Of a stretch of DNA of 64,000 nucleotides, positions 12,916 through 24,691 are shown in pieces; position 1 is the stretch's first letter, and each line of letters starts with the position of its first letter. Source of the DNA: Chiloscyllium plagiosum (Eukaryota); NCBI RefSeq assembly GCF_004010195.1, contig NW_025215346.1:18636-82635 (forward strand). Direction: 5' to 3'. A program made the position numbers and the translations under genes. Below the pieces are notes generated by a model. The model ran no database searches. It was not told the DNA's origin and was given only the letters and a program-made list of their open reading frames with translations.

Positions 12916-13562
12916 GAGGAATCTTGGAGTGTTGCTACAAAAACGTGCTTATGTCATAAGGAGGTCAACAGGAGTTCAGTTAATAATATGCAAGTACTAT
13001 AAATACCATTTCACTCTCCTCCCCACCCCTTTCAGAACAGTGCAGCACATACAATCATTTCTTAAAGTTCTATAATCATCCCTCTAATCCTTCTTAAAAC
13101 TGGAATTCATTAAATAAAGAAATTTGGCCTCTTCAACTTACAATACTATAATTAAGAAAAGCCATAACACTCTCACAATAGTACATCGGAAATGTGGGCC
13201 ATACAAACTCGAGAACCAGAATGACAGGCACTGCACACAATACAAGGTCTGTATGTAGAGATTTCTTTGAGCCTTGGGGATAATTTCAAATTAGTTTGAC
13301 ATGGGTGAAGTAGGACAGGATCAGGAATGTGCGACATCTTAGTTTCAGTTCTAACATTAATGGGTTTCATAACCTTACTCGGAAATCTCCGTCCGGGGGA
13401 ATCCATACCAGAATCAGGAATACAAGCAAGGTCCTGCATAATTCATTTCACATGGACCCAGCATGTAGCTCTCTAAGGTACGATTAACAATTAATCTCTT
13501 GGGATTGAATAAACTTTGGTTATTAGGACATTAAAATTCCTTATGTCAAGGATTACTGATAG

Positions 13563-13595
<33 letters not shown>

Positions 13596-13600
13596 GTCAA
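13563..13600 (+). repeat. (AATC)n microsatellite
   Basis: About 8-9 aatc units. Confidence 0.95.
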
Positions 13601-13965
13601 GGGGAGGCGTTGGTGTTGTGGTATTGTCACTGCGCTAGTAAATTCAGAGATCAGGTTGATACAACTGAGTGGCTTGCTGGCCTGTTATAAAGGGCAATTT
13701 AAAGGCAATCTCACTGCTGTGGGTCTGAAGTCACATGTAGGTCAGACAGACAGCAGATTTCCTTCACTTAATGGTTTCAGTGAAATGCTTGGGTTTTTAC
13801 CACAATTAACAATGGCTACACAATCACCATTAAGCTTTTGTTTAAAGTTCCAAACTGGTTGAATTCAAAATCACCATTTGCCGCGATGGTTATAAAATAC
13901 ATGTTGCCAGAACATTAGCCTGGGGTTCTGGATTACCAGTTGAGTGACTGTACCCCTATGCAACC
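13601..13965. mobile_element. Second-family SINE pieces in opposite orientations
   Basis: Plus-strand head ggaggcgttggtgttgtggtattgtcactg, then minus-strand core gggtctgaagtcacatgtagg...ttgaattcaaa. Confidence 0.6.
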
Positions 13966-14047
13966 ACCAACCCTCGGTGACTCCCTTTCTCCATCTCACT
14001 ATCTCTCTCCCTATACAGAAGCGATATTGTCACGGCATAGAAAAACC

Positions 14048-14400
14048 AGAGATGGAAATGTGTTGCTGGAAAAGCGCAGCAGGTCAGGCAGCATCTAGGG
14101 AACAGGAGAATCGACGTTTCGGGCATTAGCCCTTCTTCAGGAATGAGGAAAGTTTGTCCAGCAGGCTAAGATAAAAGATAGGGAGGAGGGACTTGGGGGA
14201 GGGGTGTCGGAAATGTGATAGGTGGAAAGAGGTCAAGGTGAGGGTGATAGGTCAGACTGGGGTGGGGGCGGAGAGGTCGGGAAGAAGATTGCAGGTTAGG
14301 AAGGTGGTGCTGAATTTGATGGATTTGACTGAGACAGGCTGGGGGGAGGGGAAATGAGGAAACTGGTGAAATCCGAGTTCATCCCTTGTGGTTGGAGGGT
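14048..14400 (-). mobile_element. PLE family A 3' end with intact HHR
   Basis: TSD tagaaaaacc at 14038-14047 and 14401-14410; near-identical to 49059-49410. Confidence 0.88.
14110..14143 (-). ncRNA. Minimal hammerhead ribozyme (family A)
   Basis: Minus strand ttc-CTGAAGA-a-gggc[taat]gccc-GAA-ACGT-C^-ga. Confidence 0.72.
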
Positions 14401-14414
14401 TAGAAAAACCTGAG

Positions 14415-14700
14415 ACCAGGAGTTGGGTTTAAAACGCACTGTGGGAAATGGAGGAACTTAATTTGTTTTCAGATGTGGAATCAAAAGTTTCCTCATGACC
14501 ATGAAGCCATTGTGGATTGTTGTAAAAGTTCATTTGGTTCACTAATGCCTTTTAGAGAAGGAAATCTACCATTTTTACTTGGTCTGGTCTATATGTAACT
14601 CCAAACCCACAGCAATGTAATTATTGGTTCTGAAGTGCCCCCTGAATTTGACTCGTTAGCTAGTCAGCTGACTCTAAGTGCTAAAAAATGTAAACAAAGG
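14415..14700 (+). mobile_element. Second-family SINE (decayed)
   Basis: ttggttcactaatgcctttagagaaggaaatctacc...ccacagcaatgt core. Confidence 0.65.
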
Positions 14701-14929
14701 AATAAAATCACACCCAATGCTTAGGGTTCATCCCGGGTACCAGAAAAGACAACAGTGAACTCAACCTTGTTAGCACTTTATGAGTCGCATCTCATTAGCC
14801 CCATATAGTTTATTTTTCACAATTGTAGTCATTGACTCTGTAACAGTCCTCTTTTTAAAACAAATTGGAATTAAGGACTAAAAGTCTCACATTATTTCAG
14901 ATTTCTGATCCATGGTCATGACAAGTATC

Positions 14930-15120
14930 CATGATGTGGAGGAACTAGTGGTGGGCAAAGTCAAAAATCACACAACACCAGGTTATAATCCAACAGGTTT
15001 ATTTGGAAGCACTAGCTTTCTGAGCGCTACTCCTTCACTAGGTAGCTGTAGAGCAGGATCAGAAGATGCAGAATTTATAGCAAAAGGCCTCAGTGTCATG
15101 CAACTGAAACAATATGTTAG
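14930..15120 (-). mobile_element. PLE family C terminal repeat with decayed HHR
   Basis: aaaaatcacacaacaccaggttataatccaacaggttt...cactagctttc; homologous to 31972-32170. Confidence 0.75.
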
Positions 15121-15124
15121 CTAC

Positions 15125-15696
15125 AAGACCAGGTCAGAAACTCGGAATCCTGCGGCGAGTTAATCACTTCCTGACTCCCCAGAGCCAGTCCACCATCTAC
15201 AAGGCACAAGTCAGGAATGTGATGGAATACTCCCCATTTGCCTGGATGGTGGTAACTCCAATAACATTCAAAAAGCTTGACACTATCCAGAACAAAGCAA
15301 CTCACTTGATTGGCACCACATTCACAAACATCCACTCCCACCACCACCAACACTTAGTAGCAGCAGTGTGTACTGTCTCCAAGATGCACTGCAGAAATTC
15401 ACCAAAGGTCCTCAGACAGCACCTTCCAAACCCACGACCAGCTCCACCTAGAAGGATAATGGCAGCAGATACATGGGAAGACCCATATGCCAGTTCCTCT
15501 TCAAACCACTCACCATCCTGACTTGAAAATATATGGCCTGCAGTGTTGTTTAACTGTCACTGGGTCACAATCCTGAAGCTCCCATCCTGACAGTTTTGTG
15601 GACATCCCTACAGCATGTGGACTATAGTACATCCCCATCTTCTCAAGGAGAACTAGAGACCAGCAAGACACCAATGTCCTGTGAATTAATAAAAAA
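15125..15696 (+). mobile_element. CR1-clade LINE (different family) ORF2 C-terminus and 3' UTR
   Basis: GQKLGILRRVNHFLTPQSQSTIYKAQVRNVMEYSPFAWM; ends gtgaattaataaaaaaa. Confidence 0.8.
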
Positions 15697-16459
15697 AGTT
15701 CTGATTATTGATTTATATGAAGCTTGCACCGAATCCACCAAAAGAAAACATGTTGTGGCTCTCCTCTTCAGTTCAGTTACAACACTTGAGTTTTTCACAC
15801 ACTCATGAAATTCTTGCCCTGAAACAACCCTGCATTGGAACTGATGGACGAATATTATTTCATTTATTTATTGTCTCATGTACCTTGTTAAAAATGTGGT
15901 GAAAAATGTTGTATAGTGTTGCCAATTTCCAGCACCATCTTAAAACACAGAAAAATAAACCGAAACAGAGAATATAAAGGCAGATAAATGAAGAAATAAA
16001 CAAAGTGTCCAAATATGCAGTCCTTCTTGTTAAGTGCTCTGCCAATGGTCATGGGCCTGTTGGCCGGGCATGAGTCTCCTTCATCGCGCTGCCACTGGAC
16101 TGAAAGTCACCTGCTCTTTGGCGCCATCTTGTCTCCACCAATGCCCTCGCCACTATGAGTCCTCGATAGATCTCGTCAATCCAGATTCCATCGATGCTGC
16201 CAGGTATCCAACAGGTGTACACTCAACTCCACTGTCGCCATGTGCTCGCTTCAGGCCTACCTTGCCAATACAGCAGCTGCTGATGCTGCCGGGTCTTGTG
16301 CTGGGCCCAAACTCAAGGCCTCCTCTAGGCCTCCATGAATCTCTGCTGGAAGCAAGTGCCACTGGGAACCCAAACACCGCAGCAGCCATGAATCAGCGTT
16401 AGGACCGTCTCATCCATGCAGAAGCTGCCGGGAACCTGAACCTGCCTCCAACTTCGCCT

Positions 16460-17170
16460 CTAGAGTCTGTGTTGCTGGGCCCAGTCCAGTCATGCTGCTG
16501 GGCCCACTCGAGTCAGTGCTGCTGGGCCTACTCAAGTCAGCAATGCTGGGCCCAGTCCAGTTATGCTGCTGAGCCTACTCGCGTCTGAGCTGTTGGCCCC
16601 CTCCAGTGATGTTGTTGAGCCCACCTGATTTCATGCTGCGAGACCCAATTGAGACTGACCTCGAGTCTGGTCTCCTAGGCTACGCAAGCCTATGCTGCTG
16701 GGCCCACTCAAGTGTGCGCTCATGGCACCACTCAAGTCTGCGCTACTAGACCCAATCATGTTGCGCTGCTGGGCCTATTCAAATCGTTGCTCCTGAACCT
16801 ACTCCAGTCCACACTCTGCTGGGTCTACTCAAGTCCATGCTGCTGGGCCCACTCGAGTCTGTGTTGCTGGGCCCACTTGAGTCCGTGCTGCTGGGCCCCA
16901 CTCAAGTCTGTGCTGTCGAGCTTACTCAAGTCTGTGCTGCTGGGCCCACTCGGGTCTGTGCTGCTATGCCCACTTGAGTCCGTGCTCCTAGGCCCACTCG
17001 AGTCCTGAGCTGCTGAGCCTATCCAAGTCTGTTCTGCTGGGCCCACGCAAGTCTGTGCTGTTGGGCCTACTCGAGTCTATGCTGCTGTACTACTCAAGTC
17101 CATGCTCCTGGGCCTATTCGAGTCCATGAGCTGGGCCCAATCAAATCCATGCTGCTGGGCCTACTCGTTG
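16460..17170 (+). repeat. Degenerate 24-bp GC-rich minisatellite (tgctgctgggcccactcgagtcag)
   Basis: Roughly 25-30 diverged units; 8-aa periodicity in ORF 16712..17008. Confidence 0.9.
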
Positions 17171-17229
17171 CCTATGCCTTTGCCGCAACCCAACTCTTCA
17201 CCAAGAGATAAGTAAAATTAAGTAAGGGA

Positions 17230-17329
17230 TTCAAAGTTTGTGAGAAGATTTGTAGCTCGGATGCTCGTAGACAGGGGACGAAACGTTTGCAACAAAAACT
17301 TCCAGCTTGGCGAACAGAACCACAGCAGC
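17230..17329. mobile_element. 100-bp two-orientation PLE family B insertion
   Basis: 13-bp TSD attaagtaaggga at 17217-17229 and 17330-17342; minus-strand tail joined to plus-strand partial HHR. Confidence 0.85.
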
Positions 17330-18269
17330 ATTAAGTAAGGGAAAAAGCTGAGAGAAGAGAGATAAAAAAGAAAAGAAATGAAAAGTGAACAGAAAGGACA
17401 TGTGCCGTGCTCAGAAGCCTTATGACACAACCATCTTACCAGAGGTTATAAAGTTTCAATTTAATTTAGAAGATCAATTCAAATGAGTAACGTCCTCCTA
17501 GTGAATAATGCTGCTGCTGCTGGATTGGTGATCATGTGTGTTATCGGATTTACTTCAGACAGATGATGCTATTTCTGCCACGTTATGGTACAGGGAAAGG
17601 GTTGTTTGAGACAATTGCTACCATCAGTCCTTTTTAATTTAGACTGTGTCCCTGCCTGTCTCATTATCAGTGGGAAAGAATTGACCCTTGGTCTGCCTAA
17701 ACAGAAGAGTCACCAATTAACAAAATGGTTCATGTTGTGATAGCAACATTACAACGCACACTTAATAGTTAGGCACAACTACTGAGGACTCTCGGGAGCT
17801 GTGCAGAATACATCTGCTCCCTCTGAAGGCTTCTGTAGAATTCCCTGTCTTCAGCTAAAGACTGAGAGTTGCATTATCAGGTGGGGTGGAGTTAATGCAA
17901 GTTTGACATTAACTCTTTCACAACCATTTCACAAATCCTTGTGATTTAATGATGGCGGATAAACATGAAAAGTAAGATTCAGTGAGGAGAAACAAAACAT
18001 TCAGGTATGTGTAAGAGCATGTTTGAATTTTTTAAAAAAAATATTAAATCATTTCTGCCGCCAATCTTCAGAGATGCTTTCAATGTAAAACATTCTCGGC
18101 TTCCACTTCAAATGGCAAGTGACTGGATGGACAATATTAGACATACATTCTCGAAATGAGGAAAATGGGATGGCTGAAATGGAGATCAATAGTCTGAAAC
18201 CAATCCAATTGTAGATCCATACCCATCAACTTACAAAGCACTGAATCTGTTATTAACATCAATATGACT

Positions 18270-19240
18270 TTGAGTCACAGAGTCATAGAGTCATAGAGAT
18301 ATACAGCAAGGAAACAGACCTTTGGTCCAACTCATCCATGCCGACCAGATATCCTAACTCAATCTAATCCCACCTGCCAGCACCTGCCATATCCCTCCAA
18401 ACCCTTCCTATTCATATACCCATCCAAATGCTTCTTAAATGTTGCAACTGTACCAGCCTCCACCACTTCCTCTGGCAGCTCATTCCATACATGTACCACC
18501 CTCTGTGTGAAAAGGTTGTCCCTTAGGTCTCTTTTATATCTTTCCCCTCTCACCCTAAACCTATTGCCCTCTAGTTCTGGACTCCCCCACCCCAGGGAAG
18601 AGACTTTGTCTATTTGAGATATCCATGCCCCTCATAATTTAATAAACCTCTATGACGTCATCCCTCAGCCTCCGACGCTCCAGGGTAAACAGCCCCAGCC
18701 TATTCAACCTCTCCCTATAGCTCAAATTCTCCAACCTTGGCAACATCCTTGTAAATGTTTTCTGAACCCTTTCAAGCTTCACAACATCTTTCCGATAGGA
18801 AGGAGACCAGAATTAAATGCGATATTCAAAAAGTGGCCTAACCAATGTCCTGTACAGCCGCAACATGACCTCCCAATCCCCGTACTCAATACTCTGACCA
18901 ATAAAAAAAAGCATACCAAACGCCTTCTTCACCATCCTATCTACCTGCGACGCTACTTTCAAGGAGCTATGAACCAAGATCTCTTTGTTCAGCAACACTC
19001 CCTAGGACCTTACCATTAAGTGTATAAGTCCTGCTAAGATTTGCTTTCCCAAAATGCAGCACCTCACATTTATCTGAATTAAACTCCATCTGCCACTTCT
19101 CTGCCCATTGGCCCATCTGGTCCAAATCCTGTTATAATCTGAGGTAACCTTCTTCGCTGTCCACTACACCTCCAATTTTGGTGTCATCTGCAAACTTACT
19201 AACTGTACCTCTCATGCTCGCATCTAAATCATTTATATGA
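18270..19240 (-). mobile_element. CR1/HER1-type LINE 3' ~1 kb
   Basis: SKFADDTKIGGVVDSEEGYLRL on minus; C-terminal motifs; (agagtcat)n tail. Confidence 0.93.
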
Positions 19241-19365
19241 TCAACAGACTAAACAATGCAAAACTTTCCACGTTTTCAACGCAATAAAGTTTAACATGAA
19301 TTCATCACCATGGCTTAACCTGGCATCTGTTTTGTCAAGGTTTATCAGTGAGTTGATCTGACAGG

Positions 19366-19865
19366 NNNNNNNNNNNNNNNNNNNNNNNNNNNNNNNNNNN
19401 NNNNNNNNNNNNNNNNNNNNNNNNNNNNNNNNNNNNNNNNNNNNNNNNNNNNNNNNNNNNNNNNNNNNNNNNNNNNNNNNNNNNNNNNNNNNNNNNNNNN
19501 NNNNNNNNNNNNNNNNNNNNNNNNNNNNNNNNNNNNNNNNNNNNNNNNNNNNNNNNNNNNNNNNNNNNNNNNNNNNNNNNNNNNNNNNNNNNNNNNNNNN
19601 NNNNNNNNNNNNNNNNNNNNNNNNNNNNNNNNNNNNNNNNNNNNNNNNNNNNNNNNNNNNNNNNNNNNNNNNNNNNNNNNNNNNNNNNNNNNNNNNNNNN
19701 NNNNNNNNNNNNNNNNNNNNNNNNNNNNNNNNNNNNNNNNNNNNNNNNNNNNNNNNNNNNNNNNNNNNNNNNNNNNNNNNNNNNNNNNNNNNNNNNNNNN
19801 NNNNNNNNNNNNNNNNNNNNNNNNNNNNNNNNNNNNNNNNNNNNNNNNNNNNNNNNNNNNNNNNN
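19366..19865. other. Assembly gap (500 N)
   Basis: Run of N. Confidence 1.
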
Positions 19866-20115
19866 ACACCCTGGAGTTGTTCAGGGAGAGGTGGGCACCG
19901 CAGGGAGTGGAGTGCATTATTTCTCCCTCCAACTCTATTTTGATTTAGTTCCTGCCCTCTCCTTCACTGTTTGATCACACAGCACTGCCCTTTGATGTGA
20001 AGGGCACTGCGTGTCACTGGCCATTTGGGTGTTTCCTTTCTTCCTTGTGGTGGAAATTGAATGAAGATTTGTACGTCTTGTGTCTTTCACTGTGTCTCAC
20101 ACTTGCACAAAAAAA
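19866..20115 (+). mobile_element. Possible 3' end of an unclassified (L1/Tx1-like) LINE
   Basis: Hairpin tgcccttt-gatgtg-aagggca, pyrimidine-rich stretch, ends in an A-run. Confidence 0.3.
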
Positions 20116-20119
20116 TGCA

Positions 20120-20545
20120 AAGTCGGAGCAGAGGAGGGCATTTGGCCTTTCAGCCTACTCTATCATTTGATATGATCTTATTTACTCATCTATGCTACTT
20201 AGATCTGTGGTCTGTCTTTATTACTTGCAAGACAATGCTTTTCACTCTGCCTTGATATACGTGACAATAAATTCAATTCAATTCCATTCGTGGCTGATCC
20301 TCTATCTCAATGCCATATTTCCACTTGCTCTTCATACACTGTAATGTCTTTAAAATTGAAATATTTGAGGTCTTCTTGAAAATACTCAGTGACCTCGCCT
20401 CCACAGGCTTCTGGTGTTAGAGAATTCCACAGGCTCGCCATCCTCAGAGTGAAGAATGTTTTCCTCATCGCAGTCTCAAATGGTCTGCCCCCTATCCTGA
20501 GACCATTGAGCCCTGGTTCCAGAGTCCCGGATTGGACGGAATTCC
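20120..20545 (-). mobile_element. CR1 3' fragment interrupted at ~20178-20290 by a plus-strand Rex1-type tail
   Basis: RKTFFTLRMASLWNSL; insert ends gtgacaataaattcaattcaattc as at 42381-42406. Confidence 0.7.
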
Positions 20546-20559
20546 TACATTGACAAGGA

Positions 20560-21756
20560 GTGCCAATTGGAATCAAAAACCGCAAGGTTTCAGAATTGGA
20601 TAAGAAATTTGTCCACAATTCAGTGAGGAGCAAGAGGCTCCACGCTGCACTTGTTAGAGTTCGCCCCAGACAAGGCTACTGAAACAGGAGATAACATGTA
20701 CCCTGCAGGTCAAAGGGTGAAACCACCGCTTTGCAAATAAATAAACCGGAGGATAAGGAATTGATACAACTAAATTGTGTTACTGTTGCCAAAGTGGGCC
20801 CAATTCAGAAGAAACTCCAGGTAAACAGCTACCCTGTAGACTTGGAGGAAAACTCAAGAATCACTGTATCTACTGTTTGGTAACAAGCCTTGAGCAAACT
20901 CCAGTGGGGCATCTTGCCTCTAATCTTGTGAACACCAAGGTTAGATTGGCCATATGCACTGCACAGTTATTGGGACCACTGTAACCCCAGTTACACAGGA
21001 GCAGCAGGCAGTCTAACTCCCCTTAATGGTGGTGCAAGGGCCAGATTCCCCCAACTTTTAGGAAGGAACTGGCTCCAGAAATTCCACCTGGATTGGCACC
21101 AGATCTCTAAAATGGGTATCGGCAATTAATATGAAGTCATTGAGCAGTATCCCAAAGTGTTTCAAGAGGGACTTGGCCCTGGCACCTTTTATCTTCCCAA
21201 GATCCATGTAAACCCAGAGGTCCAAACTAAATACTTCAAGGTATGACCAGTCCCCTGTGCTCCATGTGCTCTGGCACATATAACATCTAAGGAACTTGGC
21301 ATCACAATGCCAGTACAATTGAATGGACCATGCCAGTAGTCCCAGCGGCAAAACCTGACGCCTTGGTTCACCTCTGTGGGGAATTATGAGTCCACGGGTT
21401 TTCCCTCTTAGACAGATGCCCTGCGCCACACATAGCCGACTTGTATAAAAATCTGACTGGGGGCTCACATATTTTCTAAACTGAATATGAGTCATGCCTA
21501 CCTTGTAAGGTTGAGAGGTCATCTACGGAGTATGTCACTGTAAATACTCACAACGAACTGTATGAGTACACACACTTGCCCTTTGGGGTATCTTCAGTTG
21601 GTGCCACCTCTCAAAGGGTAATGGAGGACATCCTCCGGGGGTGCCCAGTGTGGCAATCTGTCTGGGTGAAGTTTTAGTCTCAGGAGCTACTGCAAAGGAT
21701 CATATGGAGAGTTTGGGGGAGATCTTAGTGTTTTTCTGAGGCTGGCATCCAACTGG
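20560..21756 (+). mobile_element. Decayed Ty3/Gypsy LTR retrotransposon gag-pol fragment (protease end and RT)
   Basis: Across frameshifts: LLGRNWLQKFHLDW, W-MPVVP-KPD-V-LCG, FSKLNMSHAY, YVTVNTHNELYEYTHLPFGVSS-QRVME. Confidence 0.85.
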
Positions 21757-22101
21757 TAGAGTCATACAGTCATAGAATCATAACAACACAGAAACAGTCC
21801 CTTCGGTCTAATTGACCACGTTGACTATATTCCCAAACTAAACTAGTGCGACTGGCCTGTGCTTGGCCTATATCTCTCCAAATCATTTCTAATCATATAC
21901 TTATCTAAATATCTTTAAAATCTTGTAATGGTGCCTGCATCCACCACTTCCACACACGAACCACTCTGTAGAAAAACGTTGGCCCTCATATCCTTTTAAA
22001 ATCTTCCTCCTCTCACCTTTAAAATATGCCCTTTAGCTTTGAACTCTTCCACTTTAGGGAAAAGACCTTTGCTATTCACCTTATTTATACCCCTCATTAT
22101 T

Positions 22102-23243
22102 CAAAGTTTGTGTGAAGATTTATAGCTCGGGTGCTCGTTGCTGTGGTTCTGTTCGCCGAGCTGGAAGTTTTTGTTGCAAACATTTCGTCCCCTGGCTAGG
22201 CGACATCATCAGTGCTTGGGAGCCTCCTGCGAAGCGCTTCTTTGATGTTTCCTCCGGCATTTATAGTGGCCTGTCCCTGCCGCTTCCGGTTGTCAGTTTC
22301 AGTTGTCCGCTGTAGTGGCCGGTATATTGGGTCCAGGTCGATGTGTTTGTTGATGGAGTTTGTGGATGAATGCCATGCCTCTAGGAATTACCTGGCTGTT
22401 CTCTGTCCGGCCTGCCCCATGATAGTAGTGTTGTCCCAGTCAAATTCATGTTGCTTGTTGTCTGCGTGTGTGGCTACTAAGGATAGCTGGTCGTGTCGTT
22501 TTGTGGCTAGTTGATGTTCATGTATGCGGATTGTTAGCTGTCTTCCTGTTTGTCCTATATAGTGTTTTATGCAGTCCTTGCATGGTATTTTGTACACTAC
22601 ATTAGTTTTGCTCATGTTGGGTATCGGGTCCTTCGTTCTGGTGAGTTGTCTGAGCGTGGCTGTTATCATCAGTGCTTGGGAGCCTGCTGCGAAGCGCTTC
22701 TTTGATGTTTCCTCCGGTGTTTATAGTGGTCTGTCCCTGCCGCTTCCGGTTGTCAGTTTCAGCTGTCCGCTGTAGTGGTTGGTATATTGGGTACAGGTCT
22801 TTGTGTTTGTTGATGGAGTTTGTGGATGAATGCCATGCCTGTAGGAATTTCCTGGCTGTTCTCTGTCTGGCTTGCCCTATGATAGTAGTGTTATCTCAGT
22901 CGAATTCATGTTGCTTGTTGTCTGCGTGTGTGAATTCGACTGGGACAACACTACTATCATAGGGCAAGCCAGACAGAGAACAGCCAGGGAATTCCTAGAG
23001 GCATGGTATTCATCCACAAACTCCATCAACAAACACATCGACCTGGACCCAGTATACCAACCACTACAGCGGACAGCTGAAACTGACAACCGGAGGCGGC
23101 AGGGGCAGACCACTATAAACACCGGAGGAAACATCAAAGAAGCGCTTCGCAGGAGGATCCCAAGCACTGATGATGTCGCCTAGCCAGGGGACGAAACGTT
23201 TACAACAAAAACTTCCAGCTCGGCGAACAGAACCACAGCACCG
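22102..23243. mobile_element. PLE family B insertion: two tandem minus copies plus an inverted plus copy; GIY-YIG endonuclease
   Basis: NVVYKIPCKDCIKHYIGQTGRQLTIRIHEH (GIY-YIG); TSD ctcattatt at 22093-22101 and 23244-23252; HHRs at 22176-22215(-) and 23164-23203(+). Confidence 0.92.
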
Positions 23244-23680
23244 CTCATTATTTTATAAACCTCCATAAGGTCACCCCTCAACCTCTTACGCTCCAGGGAA
23301 AAAAGTCCCAGCCTATCCAGCCTCTCCTTATAACTCAAACTCTCCATTCCCAGCAACGTCCTGGTAAATCTCTCCTGAACCCTCTCCAGTTTAATAATAT
23401 CCTTCCTATAGCAGGGCGACCAGAACAGTGCACAGTACTTCAGAAGAGGCTTGACCGAAACCCTGTACAATCTCAAATGAATTTGCAATATCTTTACTCA
23501 AAGATCTGAGCATTAGAGGCAACAGTACTCAACACCTACTTCATCATCATGTTCTACCTGTGTCACAAATTTCAAAGAATTATGTACCTGAACCCCATAG
23601 TCTCTGTTCCACAGCACTACCCAGGGCACTACCATTAATTGTATAAGTTCTGCCCTTGTTTGTTTTACCAAAATACAATA

Positions 23681-24156
23681 TAGAGGAACCTTGATTATCC
23701 AAAGGACACAAGTGGGGAGTATTTCGTTCGGTTAATCGAATTCTCAATCAACAAATGCCAGATCACATAGTTTAGCCAAGAATTGGGACCTTGCGATTAG
23801 ATTCCCTTACAGTGTGGAAACAGGCCCTTCGGCCCAACAAGTCCACACCAACCCTCTGAAGAGTAACCCACACAGACACATTTCCCTCTGACTAATGCGC
23901 CTAACACAATGGGCAATTTAGCGTGGCCAATTCACACGACTTGCACATCCTTGGACTGTGGGAGGTAACCGGAGGACCTGCAGGAATCCCATGCAGACAC
24001 GGGGAGAATGTGCAAACTCCACACAGACAGTCACCCGAGGCTGGAATCAAACCCAGGTCCCTGGTGCTGTGAAGCAGCAGTACTAACCACTGAGCCACCA
24101 TGCGACCCACAAATCTTACTGGATAATCTGATATTCGGATAATCAAGGTTCCTCTG
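23681..24156. mobile_element. Tc1/mariner (pogo/Tigger-like) MITE
   Basis: TIRs (t)agaggaaccttgattatcc and ggataatcaaggttcctctg; TA at 23679-23680 and 24157-24158; CR1 continuous across it. Confidence 0.85.
23796..24105 (-). mobile_element. HE1 SINE nested in the MITE
   Basis: Full head (tggctcagtgg on minus), V-domain and tail. Confidence 0.92.
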
Positions 24157-24691
24157 TACATCACGTTTATCGCACATCAAATTAAACTGCATCTGCCATT
24201 CCTCAGCCATTGACCCAATTGGTCGAGATCTCTTTGTAATCTTGGATAATTTTCTTCGCTGTCCACTATACCATCAATTTTGGTGTCATCATAAACTTGC
24301 TAACCATGCCTCTGATATTCTCATTCAAATCGTTTATATAACTGACCAACAAAAGTAGATCCAGTAATAATCCTAGTGGAACACCGCTGGGTACAGGCCT
24401 CCAGTCCGAAAGACAACCCTCCACCACCACCTCTCTGTCTCCTACTATGAAGCCAATTTTGTATCCAATTTGGCAAGCTCACCCTGAATCCTGTGTAATC
24501 TAACTTTACTAAATTATCATGCAGAACGTTGTCAAAGGCTTTACTAAAGTCCAAATAAACATGTCAATCACTCTGCCTCATCAATCCTTTTGGTTACTTC
24601 ATCAAAATGGGGCTCTTTAAATATGAGTTCCCTTGGTAACAGGCAATGGCTGGAGCATGCTGATTAGAAAAATAAATAAAGCAGATCCATT

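Larger units (their letters stand above)
15855..17442 (-). mobile_element. Putative non-autonomous retroelement with Rex1-like tail and internal minisatellite
   Basis: Minus-strand 3' end ttttcacc...gtacatgagacaataaataaatg resembles the tail at 42360-42406; 5' aagatgg plus pyrimidine tract. Confidence 0.45.
21757..24595 (-). mobile_element. CR1 LINE fragment hosting nested PLE, MITE and SINE insertions
   Basis: MDFSKAFD, LYRVSVKPLLKYCALFWSPCYRKDIIKLERVQ, tail agagtcat; sequence resumes across the inserts. Confidence 0.88.

Noticed and set aside
13414..13472. Possible minus-strand terminal exon (SYMLGPCEMNYAGPCLYS*)
   Set aside because: Weak polypyrimidine tract, no recognised homology, no partner exons
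16460..17170. CRISPR-like or repeat-protein interpretation of the 24-bp array
   Set aside because: Tandem degenerate units with no unique spacers, no cas genes, vertebrate context, broken frames
19345..19932. 195-aa ORF
   Set aside because: Artefact of the N gap
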